A stretch of 64,000 nt of DNA from the NCBI RefSeq assembly GCF_046119375.1, contig NW_027362763.1:740032001-740096000 (forward strand), written 5' to 3'. The position numbers were made by a program, and so were the translations under genes. The stretch's first letter is position 1, and each line of letters starts with the position of its first letter. The notes below the pieces were generated by a model, which was given only the letters and a program-made list of their open reading frames with translations, did not search any database and was not told the DNA's origin. Shown in pieces: positions 23,230 to 47,800 of the stretch. Source of the DNA: Phyllobates terribilis. Its lineage: Eukaryota.

Positions 23230-23711
23230 GTGACGTATGAAGCACCGGAAATCAGAGCTATGACGTCATCAGTGTACCTGCCTTCTCGGCTCACTCGCTC
23301 TCCCGCGCTGTTTTTTTTCCTTCCGCCGGGTACCGTGCGTCACGTGACACAAACCACGCCCATTTGAAACCGTCGTCAGAACCTGTCGCCAAAAGTAAAC
23401 TGGTGTCCTACCACACGTCGTTATGTGCAATCGCTAGTACGTATAAGACACATAGGCATCAACTCTCTCTACAGAATTTTTGCCCGTGATGTTCGTTTGC
23501 CACGAAGTAATAAAGCTCGTTCAAAATAGTCAATTTTGCAGTGTAACCATGACGTTGTACTACATTTCCCGTAATGCTATGCGGTGAAACGTCACTGGAT
23601 GGGACAGAACAGTGGGCGGGGCTGGATGACAGCTGAGCTGTGAGACTCCGCCCACATTGGCCGCTGCCGGCCGGCAAACCTGGTGTCGGTGTATAGAGGT
23701 GTCCGGTCATC
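23230..23711. promoter_or_regulatory. CpG-rich promoter of CHAC2, probably bidirectional with ASB3
   Basis: CpG-dense. CRE TGACGTCA 23261-23268, ETS-like CCGGAA 23245-23250, palindromic E-box GTCACGTGAC 23339-23348, GC box GGGCGGGGC 23614-23622. Candidate minus-strand donors at 23277 (cag|gtacac) and 23294 (gtgagc). Confidence 0.65.
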
Positions 23712-35949
<12,238 letters not shown>

Positions 35950-37091
35950 ATTTTATCCCTTTCATCCTTTAGGAATGGAGACAATGTGTCCTGATTTTTA
36001 TTTATGCGTTGCGAATTTCAAAGCAATTATTGGGATATTTATATGGTTTAAGCAATTCTTTTAGTGATTTCACTTCATATACTTAAAGGGGTTGTCCACT
36101 ACTCAGACAACCCCTTCTGAATCCCTATGTTTCCCCTTTTGTAAAATAATAGCACTTCTACTCCCCTCCGGCGCTGTTCAGTGTTGGCACTGGCTCTCCT
36201 GGGGATTGTGTGACATTATGTCAAGTGATCCCTGTAGCCAGTCGTCAGTACTGACTTCACTCTCCCAGTCTTTGGATATAAATCCGGAGGAAGTAAGTAT
36301 ATGAAACATAGGGGTTGTCCGTTAAGTGGACAATTCTTTTTAGAGCTTTTAAAATATAATTATTTATTTAAGCCTGACATAGAAGGTAGAGTATAAATTA
36401 GATATTGCGTGTGCTGCAAAGAGTTTTAAGAGTGTCAAAAAAGAAAAAGGAAAACTCAAATGTTTCTTCTATTGAACAATCAGTTTTTCCTTCCTTCTAA
36501 CCATAAGCGGCCACTGTTTTCATTGTTTGCTTCCTGATATAGTGCATCTACAATTTATAGCATGAAACAGTCTGTTACAAACTTTAAAATTTAGAATGGT
36601 GGTGACTGGCTGTCACAAAATGCGCATGCATGGAGGTTGCGCATGCGCAAAAGCCAGGCTGCAGCCAGGTGAAACCACTCCATCCACAGAGCAAGCGTGC
36701 AATTACATTCTCTGGGGTGTGCTTGTTGGTTGTGGATGATGACCTGTACATTGTCCTAATGTACAGGACAGATTTACTGCAGTTTGTAGGAAAAGAAAAG
36801 AAGACTAGAAGTGGATGTTTAAATTAAGCAGGAAATATATTTATCCTCGCTACTTGTACTTCTGCAGCATTTTCTGTATGATCTTCAAGTCAGTCTTGAC
36901 TTAATCCCGGCCTAGGCCTTGGTGATCTTTTGTCCTGCTGAAATACAAGGTAAAGGGGGGAGGCTCCTGCTGCAGCTGGTTGTTTTACAGCAAGACACAG
37001 GACAGTAAGGAGGAAGAGGGAGACATGGCTGATCCCTTGAGAAGAAAAGGTTTCTCAGCTTTAATTATAATATGAAATAGGAGGATATTAA

Positions 37092-37510
37092 AGGGAATAT
37101 GTCAGCAGGTTTTTCTATGTAATGAGAGATGTAGGGGAAGAGACCCTGATTACAGCGAGGTGTCACTCACTAAGTTGTGTTTTGCTAGTTAATAAAAAAA
37201 AAAAATTTTTTCAGCAGGTGATTATCACTACAGGACTAGGTTTTCTCGTGCCTCCTACTCCAATTCCATCCTCACCGCTGATTGGCAGCTTTCTATGTAC
37301 ACTGTATATTGACTGAAAGCTGCCAATCAGGTGGGCTCAGGATAAGACAGAGCTCAGTGCTAGATCTGCAGAGGAAAAAACTGTGATTTGAAATTCAAGT
37401 CACAACAGCTGCATCCAGTAAAGTAAGTGACACATTGCTGGAATCAGGGTCTTTGTCCCTACACCATACTGCTGTCAGATTACATAGCAAAACCTGATGA
37501 CAGATTCCTT
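37092..37510. mobile_element. T2-type MITE (TTAA TSD)
   Basis: ttaa|agggaatatgtca...tgacagattcctt|ttaa; a related truncated copy starts at about 38568. Confidence 0.75.
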
Positions 37511-37611
37511 TTAAGAGGAAGTGAAGGGACATATTTATTTCTTTTGTGCGTTTTCTAGCTGCTTATGAAGTAGTGGAAACTCCTCATTCCTATGTGCAGT
37601 GGAGGAGACTG

Positions 37612-38160
37612 ATGGACGGGTCTGGTCACTGCTCCTCCACCAGCGGCCATTGTATGGACGGGTCTGGTCACTGCTCCTCCACCAGCGGCCATTGTATGGA
37701 CGGGTCTGGTCACTGCTCCTCCACCAGCGGCCATTGTATGGACGGGTCTGGTCACTGCTCCTCCACCAGCCGCCATTGTATGGACGGGTCTGGTCACTGC
37801 TCCTCCACCAGCGGCCATTGTATGGACGGGTCTGGTCACTGCTCCTCCACCAGCGGCCATTGTATGGACGGGTCTGGTCACCGCACCTCCACCAGCGGCC
37901 ATTGTATGGACGGGTCTGGTCACCGCACCTCCACCAGCGGCCATTGTATAGATGGGTCTGGTCACTGCTCCTCCACCAGCGGCCATTGTATAGACGGGTC
38001 TGGTCACTGCTCCTCCACCAGCGGCGGCCATTGTATGGACGGGTCTGGTCACTGCTCCTCCACCAGCGGCGGCCATTGTATGGACGGGTCTGGTCACTGC
38101 ACCTCCACCAGCGGCCATTGTATGGACGGGTTTGGTCACTGCTCCTCCACCAGCGGCCAT
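37612..38160. repeat. 42-bp minisatellite, 13 units
   Basis: Unit atggacgggtctggtcactgctcctccaccagcggccattgt; two units carry a 3-nt insertion. Confidence 0.95.
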
Positions 38161-38349
38161 TGAATGGACAGGAGAGCTGTGCCGCCTGTGAGGAAGGAGA
38201 ACCTGTAATACTTAGATATAGTGAGTGTCACAAAACCATGTCCCCAGCACATCTGTTAGAATAAAGTGTACAAACACTTGTGAACATGCAAGGGACTACC
38301 ACTTTAGTCCCTTAAGCCTCTAGGCAGCTGGTAGTTTTGGCCAAAATTC

Positions 38350-38393
<44 letters not shown>

Positions 38394-41300
38394 TAACTGC
38401 ACTTTTCCCATTGACTATCAAGCAGATATTTAATGTATTACTTTTCCAAATGCACTGCTAGATCATGGGAGAAAAAGTGGGACCCATCTATCTGCTGAGG
38501 GTGAAGTCATTGACACAAATTGTGCACCTTCTGTTACATTGCTCTTATGTATACTCAGGAACATTAAAGGGAATCTATCACTAGGTTCCTGCTGCTCCAT
38601 CTGAGAGCAGCATGAGGTAGAGACAGAGACCCTGAGTCCAGCAATGTTTCACTTACTGGGCTGCTTGCTGCAGTTTTTGTTAAAATCAGTTTTCTTTGCT
38701 GCAGATCTAGCAGTTCTCTAAATGCTCAGCTCTGTATAACCCCACCCACACCACTGATTGGCAGCTTTCTGCCTATGCACAGTGTGCACAGAAAGCTGCC
38801 AATCAGTGGTGGGGGCGGGGTTATACACAGCTCATTAATATAGACGAAAACATGTCAAAAAGTTTTCTAGTCCTAGTAATAATAGGAGCAGGAGATTGTC
38901 AATACTACAACAGGCAGCTCAGCTGCTGGAATCATGGTCTCTACCCCTATGTCATGTTGCTCTCAGATTAGGTTTAAGCTTTAAATATAACACATTTTGT
39001 TATAAATGTTGTCAGCAAAGGGGAATATATTTCCGAATGAAGACTGTCCCTATTCACTGATAAACTTTATAATTTTATTATTTTCTTTAGTTGTAGCTAC
39101 AAAACTTTCATTGATGAAATGTTATTCACATAAACCTAGAAACCGCTTGTGGCTGAATGCACAGTTTCAGCGTTTCTCACTAAACACGCTCTGTTTAAAG
39201 TGTACAACAACTTGTAAAGGTTTACATTATACACAGTCCTTTTTTTTTCTTCTTCATAATGGTCTGGTTACAAGCACATTCCTCCCCCACAGGCTCCTTT
39301 TCTAGATGTTACTGCTGGCGATCTTGTCGCTCACATTGCAATAGTTGATATATAATGTAGCATTGTGTAAAACCCGTTTCTAACCCCAAGCAGAGACAAC
39401 TTTCTTACTTCTCAAACTTTATAGTCAAAGAACACTTACAATAGGTCCTGATTCATCAATGTAATTTTGTGAGAATTCTGGCATAAATCGCTATGAAAAT
39501 TTGCCAAATTTTTGTGCAACACTCAGTTGCGCAAATTCTTCCAGCTCTGCTAAAATCGGTAGAGTTGTGGTGTGATGCTTCACCTCCTCTAATTCATGAC
39601 AAACTTTGTCATTCCTTACACCAAAAATGTTACTCCAATCCTTGTCTGGAGTAAGATTTCTGGTGTGGCGCATGGAGGTGCACACCACATCTCAGATGCT
39701 TCCGAGTCATTGATGCATGCGCCTCTTCATGGATCGGGAGCATCTGAGAGGTAATCTCTGGTCTTGATGAATCGGGGCCATGATATCCAAAATAATGGCT
39801 AGTTTGGAAATATCCCTGTTACCCCCTTTGTTGGATACAGGATAGCTTGCTGAACATGTTGGGTCGAACTGATGGGCCTGCCAGGACTCCTGAGAACAGG
39901 CCTTGATTATCTATAGGACTGCGAAAAAAAGACTTGTACTGGACTCTGCTTTCCCTGATCCTAAACGTAACTCTGCAGAGCCCTACTCTCAGGATTGCTT
40001 GGGCCACCAATTACCCCCTATCCTATTTGGGAATAACACTTTAAAGGGAGCCAAGTTTAATGGTTAACATTAGGAAACAAAGATTCCATGGAGAACACTA
40101 AGGTTAGAAATAGACAAGTAAGCGGACCCCATAACTTGGTGAGAAGAGCAGCTTTCTACTTCTAGATTTAAAGGGATTGTCTAGTTTTAAGCTTAAAGTC
40201 TGCACTCTGTGACCAGTCTTGTGAATCCTCAAATCATGCGCACTGAGGATGCGCCGGTGCCAGGGTCATGTGACCGAAAGTATGGGATATGCATACTCCT
40301 AGCCACATTAAGACTAGACTGTTTCCAGCCTTACTCAATGCACTTGCATTGAGGGAGGCCACGTAGTCTAGTCATAATGTGGCCGGGAGTATGCATATCA
40401 CATGACCCTGGCACCGGAGAATCCTCACAACGTGAAGTGCTTGTGAGTTGAGTATTCTGTCACAATCCATATCTGTTCGGAGGGGATACTAATGATTTTA
40501 AGGAATCTTTTGCCCACATTGGATATTCTTTATTTGTTCCACATTTCTGTCAAGTCGATTATAACTATACATTGTTCCATCCACAATCCACGTTGTGCGG
40601 TGACACTTTACCTCAGAAATGTCCTCGGCCCGGCTTACAAGCCTCGGCTGTACATCACACCTTATATTTGTTCGTCAGTAAATCATTACAATGTGCAAGA
40701 TGGGAGAAATTTTAACATTGCCAAAAAAAGTGTGGGTAAATTATTTTTTTTTGCTGTTACTTCTGAAAAAGCAGTTTATTACATTATGTCCATAATGAAT
40801 TTTTGCATAATAAAGAAATGTTTTTTTGTTGCGAGCGACATGATTTCTCAGTCTCCTCCCCTGGTTGGTAGTTGGTACCACACATGGGGGGAATTTATTA
40901 AGGACTGTTCATCCTGAATATTTTACTAGAAAGTAGATGCATTACCATGGTAAAATAAGTGTTTAACTACCCAATTGAAAAACATAGAAAGTTGTATTGT
41001 ATGTAGATCGGCCCGCTGCCTCCACGTCACAATCCTGAATCAATCCTTGTCTAATCTTTACACTTTCTGCAGAACAAAAAATAAGCGATGGGGAGAAACT
41101 CTGCATCCATTTTCTGAAGGACCATCTCCCAAGAATATAGAAAATCCTGTAGATTGTGAAACATTGTGTTAAGGTTTTTTTTCTTCCCTAGTTCCAACTG
41201 GCTGTGAATCAGTATGACATCGGTATAGACCCCCCCCCCCCCCCATCAGCAGAGCCGAAGAGAATCAACTGCTCTGCCGACGTGACTTCACCAGAAGCCG

Positions 41301-41754
41301 CAGAATTGCCGGGAGTGACCACTCTGGACTGGCAGAAAAAAGCAGTGGACAGGACAGACAGGTGGTTAGCAACTACCTGCCTGTAAGTTCTTAGACCAAT
41401 AAGAAAAAGATAAAATAGTCCTGGATCATCCCTTTAAGGAGACTACCCCTACAGAACCCCGTGTATATTTTCTGCAAAGTTTCATGATTTGTTTATTTCG
41501 GCCTTGCTTCCTGGGCCCGGGCACCAGCGCTGCTGTCAGTTATCACTTCCTCTGCAGAATCCTCTGCTCTTTTAACTACATTTCTCATCAGCCCTTGTGC
41601 TGCAAGACAGCAGTGATCACAGACCTCTCAAACCCACTTCCAATCAGAACAACACGAGTAATAATGTATATGTTCAATAAGACTAACTACTACGTAGTTA
41701 CTAAAAAGTCAACGCAAAACCAAAAAAAGGGAGCCTAAAACCTCATGTAACAAT

Positions 41755-41760
41755 TTTATT
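41755..41760 (-). terminator. Polyadenylation signal (AATAAA) of CCT4
   Basis: Plus-strand tttatt about 90 nt downstream of the CCT4 stop codon. Confidence 0.7.
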
Positions 41761-41851
41761 AAATTAAGTGCGGACACAAGTATAAAGGTTCCCTGCCTGC
41801 TCGGGTCGGCAGACGTGCCACTTCACTGACTTCATCCAAGAAATGCAAAGT

Positions 41852-44800
41852 TTATCGAGTGTTCACCTGGAGAGAGACAAAATAGTTCAGATATAGAAGT
41901 GTTTGAGTATTTACATAATGTATATGTCACTAGCAGCCCAACAATTCAGTACATCTCTTTCTAGGATTCACAATGGCGGTAAGGTCACATGAAGTACTGC
42001 TGGAGGCCGCATCTTGTAAGGCTACAGCTAGTGTAGCCGTAGCCACATACACGAGTCATGCAGGAGGGCTACACAATCGTTCTGAAGCTTGGAAAAGGCT
42101 CATTTGTTGAATTAAAGCAAGGGCTAATAAAAGACATTTTATGCCGTCTTATATTCATGTATACATTTCTATACTTTCATCTCATAATTCTACTGGCTGT
42201 ATCACATGTCTGATCCACTAAAAGAGGTAATGCACGGTGGGCCTGATCGAATGGCACCAGATTTTATAGGAGTTATTAGGACACATAGATCTCACAAAGG
42301 GGCCACTGCTCAGGACCCTTGAACAAGAGTGATAGATTCAAGCTGCCTTAGTACTATAAAAACGTCTATTCATCTCCAAATGCTTTGTGGTACTCAGTTT
42401 AATCCAACAAAATTAGCTGTTTCATATGGGTGATGGGAGCAGAAAGCATGGCAATCGGCCCATTACTGCAGGTGCTACATTCTGAAAGGGGTTCTCTTGA
42501 ATAAAACAACCAATAAAAAAAGGGCTGTCAGAAAAAAATAAAAAAATGTATCACCTATCCGCAGGAAAAGGTGATAACGTACTGATCGGCGGAAGTCCGA
42601 CTGCTGGAATCCGTGCCGATCGGCAGAACTGGGAGTTTGTTATCGCAGAGGGGGAACTTTTATCCCAGTTACAAAATGGAGTGACATATCGTCTGACTGC
42701 CACTCCATTCTCTCTATGGGGCTGTCAGGAAAAGCCAAAAGCAGCACTCTGCAGCCACATAAGGAATGAATAGAGCAGTGGTCGGTCATGCGGACTGCTG
42801 AGCCATTCTAACAGGGGGTAAAAGTGTCCCGATCGGCCCAGTTCCCAGAGGTAAGACACCCACTGATAAGAAATTATAAATATAAAATTGTTTACACCAG
42901 ATAACTCCTGTAGAATTGCAGTGTACTGACTGAATACTACAGCTATAAATATCACCTCTAGAGGTCGCTACTTTTTCTATGGACATTGGTTACATCATGG
43001 CAGTGCATGGAAGAAGGTCGTTACATCCCAATACAGGGGATCAGTAACCTGCGGCACTCAAGCTCTTGCTAAACTACACTTCTTGCCATGCGCTGACAGC
43101 CGCCTGCAGGGAGCTTTAGCGCCACAACAGCTGGGGCACCGCAGGCTACCGAAACGACAAACTATTATGCAGGTCAGGAGTAAATATAGGACTAGTATTG
43201 GAGCGGTGTACACAGTACTGCATGAGAACATACTGACCACATCATCGATCTTCAGGATACTACGGACAGTTTCTGTAGCCAGAGTCAGGGAGCTGATAGA
43301 CACCAGAAGGGGTTGGACGACTAGTTCCTCCAAAATGTTAGAAATTCCTCCCTGTTGAACATAAAAAGCAGATATTAGTGATGTTTGCCCTTAAACAAAT
43401 CAGATTAATTTCCTGGGCTGGAATAACTAGAAAGCAGAGCGCACCTTCCGAACGTTGATGCCGGCCGTCTTCTCGCCCTGTGCGTGTCTATTTCTCAGCT
43501 CTGTTACAGTGGATATTGGGTTCAGTCCTGCATTCTCTGCCAGCGTGGATGGGATGACTTCCAAGGCATCTGCAAAACCTCTGATGCAGTAGGCCTCCAT
43601 GCCACTGAGGGTCCGCGCATATTCATTCAAACGGAGTGACAGTTCAATCTCAGGAGCGCCTCCTCCCGCGATCAGCGCTCTATAACCAGAAGGAAAAGGC
43701 CAATCCACCAGTTACCAAAACATAAATTAGAAAGACATAAAGGCCGTTCTTTTAGGACATCACTAGTATATATTCCCTATTAGAGCATATATATTGTCAA
43801 AAGGGCGTGATGTTACACAAGTCTTCAACAGATTTTTAAAACCACAAGCAGCAATGTCCCTGTACTGCGGTCTACATACACAAAAGGAAAAAATAATATG
43901 TTATAGTATGAGATCAAAGGAAAAGAAACTAAATGTGGCAAATATAAATCCTTTATTAGTTTACACAGAACAGGATGTCACATAACATTCTCGGATGTTG
44001 TAACATGACTACTTTTTTGCAACAAACTCAGTTCTGCATTAAATAAGCCTAAGGACGGCCAGGCTATAATTTTATATCCCCAGTCCCTGCAGTATATTTT
44101 GTATTTAAAATAGCAGTTTAATAGAACAACTTCCATAGGTTATTAGAAATGCAATGTCTCATCCTTTGTTAATCACTCCCCTACATCCACCTTACATGTA
44201 CAGCACTCTCGCTGGACGTGGGTGTATGGAGCGCCAATCGCTGCTGTTAACCTGCATTCAATGCACGCGGTCCCAACGGTGCACCCTTCTGGACAACCAT
44301 CAGCCCGTATGCGACAATCACAGAGTGCCGATGGGCGGCCATGGAAGTTGAGGGCTAAAGGCTGAACTTTATGTAGAACAAGCGATCAGACGATCACAGG
44401 TTCACATCTTCTAATGGGACAGAAAAAAAAAATTGCATCACTACCTTTATCATTAAAATTGTGAAAGGGAACCTAGCAGTCGATTTATGACGTCCAAACC
44501 AGGAGCAGAATGAATCAGACTGCATAACTGCAGATAAGTAGGTTCTTCTCAGACCGACCCACCTTGGCGTTTCTGAGAAAATATAGCGATAGGATGCGGC
44601 GGGGGACCACAGCCAGAGAGGAGAGAAGTCCGGCACCACCCGGGATGGGTTTTCCCCACACTGGTGATCTACAGGTCTCACTATGGTAGAGACAGGTCAG
44701 TTGGAACGACGATGGGAAAAATGTTAACCAGTGGTAGTATCTGTCCAGTCTTGTCTCAGAAAATGGTGTCGAAAAGCAATGTCAGGATTTTTTTTTACCA

Positions 44801-47800
44801 CTTAAAAATTACCTTAAAAAAAAAAAAAAAAAAAAAAAAACTACACAATTTTGAAATAGCCATGAACGTGCCAGTCTGAAGAATCACATTGCCGGTCAAT
44901 TTTTTGCTGCAGAAATAAAAATATATTTTTTTTCCATAAGATTTCACCATGCTTGGAATAATTTACTGATCTTTTAGTGTTATTAAAAAAAAAATTTCTG
45001 GCAAAAAAAAAAAAAAAAAAATCAGCCCTCGATGGAAAAATAAAGTTATGACTCTTAGAAGAATGGAAGGAAAAAATAAAACTGCAAAATCTAAAAAGAT
45101 AAACCGCAGACCTACAGATTCCCCAACTGGACATTCATTACAAAGAAGTAACACAGCATTCACTGCAGATTCATCTGCGCGTACCAGAGATCCGATACCC
45201 CGGGGTGTCGGTTTTCATAGGAGAAAAACTTCTGCAGCTCAGGTATATACAAGATATAAGGGCCTGGTTACACCCATAGAGTGCGTCAGCACACCCCACT
45301 GCACTTCTGGGCTAGTCTGCATGTGTGCAAAAGCGGTATCTCTCAGTGCTGGCACATCGGAGAACTACAAAACAGGCATTGCTGTACTGGCACCTATACA
45401 GTCATAACACTAGTCTCATTAGTAAATTCTGATGAGTTCCCTATGGTGGTGTCTGTACTTTGCAATGTCGGGTTGTGAAAAAAAACAAAAACAAGAAAAA
45501 AAAAAAATCTTGTATAGAATTAAATTAGTTATTAATATCCCAATCATCTTGACTGACTCTGAACATTTATGTAGTGGAAGTAGGTGAAGGGAATAATGGA
45601 GCAGGATGTCAACAGTCCTTTCCCAGTTTAGCCATAAGGTGTTTGGCTATTGATGCACCACTTTGAGGTGAAGAAAGTGGAACAATAAAGCGCAATAGAG
45701 TTTTATCCGAGTAACAGTGAGGAGACCAGAGGCAATGGTGCTCACCTGGTGTGGCTGTGTGACCACAACCGCTAAAAGGCTCAAGGCTGCTGCAGACCCA
45801 CAACTTTAATGGAATGAAAGGGTCAATTCTGCACCGCCAGTAGAGCAAAGATGGAGGATAAAAACGGTATCCAGAAATGCGGTTTCTCAACGCGTTTCAA
45901 ACTTCTTCATAAGGACAGACCACAGTATCGACGCGTTTAAAAGTTACAAACTTCGTCAGGACAAACCACTGTGTGGTTTATCCTGATGAAGTTTGTAATT
46001 TCGAAACATGCTGAGAAATAAATCGCATTTCTGGATACCATTTTTATCCTCCATCCTTGATCTACTGACGGTGCAGAATTAACCCTTTCTTTCAATTTCA
46101 GTTATACTGCTGCCGCCTATGGCAGTTCCTGTGAGCTGAACAGCTGGCCCTGTACAGATTTTATTTGCAACATATAAATAATTATACGCAAGGATAAACC
46201 TTTTATATTACAGTCTTAAAATACATATTTGGGCAGCGTTCAATCCAAGATGATGGAATCCAGAGATGCCAGATCCATGGTGGCTAGGATGGCCCTATGA
46301 TTTGGTGTCCAGGACATAGCTCATCAATGGTGATGCTGTACGATAGTCGCCTATCAGGATGCAAACTGCATCTATGAATACAGTGCAGATAGGTTCTGAG
46401 ATATTTATTGCGGTCCCTAGATAGACACATATCTATCATATCACTTACCTTTTCTTAACTAAGCAGCGAATGACACAAAGTGCATCATGAATGGAGCGCT
46501 CGGCCTCTTCAATCACCAGCTTATTAGACCCCCGGACAACAATGGTAACCGTCTTTCCAGGATTGGCACACCCGGTTATCTATAAGAGCAAGAAGCAATT
46601 AATGCCCGTGCCGCATTATGATGGATAGATCTGAAGAACTTGCTGCATTTACCTTTAGAAGTTTCCCGGAGCCATTCAGGCTGACCTCCTCAGCTAGCTC
46701 AGCAGACGCCATCATGTCTGCTGTAAACTGGTCAATGTGTGCCACCGGCTTGGTACCAATCGTCTATAACAAACAAATAATAAATAAGATTCACTTATCT
46801 GTACATAAGAACCCTAGTAGACAATGCCAAAAGTAACTGCTGAGGATACGGACCTTACAGATGAACTCAATGTCTTCACGCTCTATGTCCTTCACCACCA
46901 TGATTTTCATTTTATTCAGGAAGTGTAAGGCAAGATCACTGAGCGCATCTCTGAAAATAAGAAAAGGAGCCACGTCAGAAGGATTGTGCCATGTAGTAAC
47001 CCCCTTCTGGCATGTGAGGGACCTGTAGGTCACATCAGGAGTAGGTGGTATGCAGCAGGCTCAGGACCAGAGCCTGATCCATACACTGCAAGCACCTGCC
47101 TCATGAGACCAGAGCAACACAATATTCACAAAACATGGTGCATAATGTACATTCTTCCCAACATGTGTGCCCTACCTCAAAATGGACTTCTGTATGAGTA
47201 GCACATTGCAGCCAGCCTTCTTAATCTGTTTCACAAGGTTGAGGATATAGGTTCTTTCTTCTCTTAAAACTCTGTCCATCTGTGAATAATCTGACACCAC
47301 AATCTGATTATCCATCTGAAATAAAAGGTATACATCATTGTCAGTATATAACACAGCTCCCAATATAAAAAACTTGCAACAAAACATATAAACTGTATGT
47401 CTTATGTATGGACTCCTGTCCGGTGCACTTGGAATACATATAATGCTTGGCACTTACATCTGTCTTTGGTGCCGATAAGCAGAACTGAATGAGACCAATC
47501 TTTGCTTTTTCCACTCTGGTTACTCCGGTGTTGGCAGCTTTCTGTGTGAGCACAAGACCATCGACCAGTTCACAGTCATCAATGGTTCCACTGGAGAACA
47601 AAAAAAAACATATGCACCATTATGTTGTGGCTACTAGGAGTAGTGGGAGTACCGTATTTTTCAAACTATAAAAAAGACGCACCCCAAATTTAGAGGAGCA
47701 AATTAGGAAAAAAAAATGTTAACCTGCCATCGAGATCAGGCATATTAGGGGTACAGGTGCGTCTTACAGTCCGAATGTAGCTTACTTGGAGGGGGCAACG

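Noticed and set aside
37546-38264. ORFs of 201-221 aa on both strands
   Set aside because: Products of a stop-free 42-bp minisatellite.
40560-40660. Minus-strand donor (gag|gtaaag) suggesting an unknown exon
   Set aside because: Weak acceptor, no recognisable peptide and no partner exon.
46951-47175. Possible intronic snoRNA in CCT4 intron 8 (hairpin caggctc/gagcctg)
   Set aside because: Other CCT genes host snoRNAs, but I found no ANANNA H box after the hairpin, no proper pocket and no C/D pair. A snoReport or Infernal scan of all CCT4 introns would settle it.
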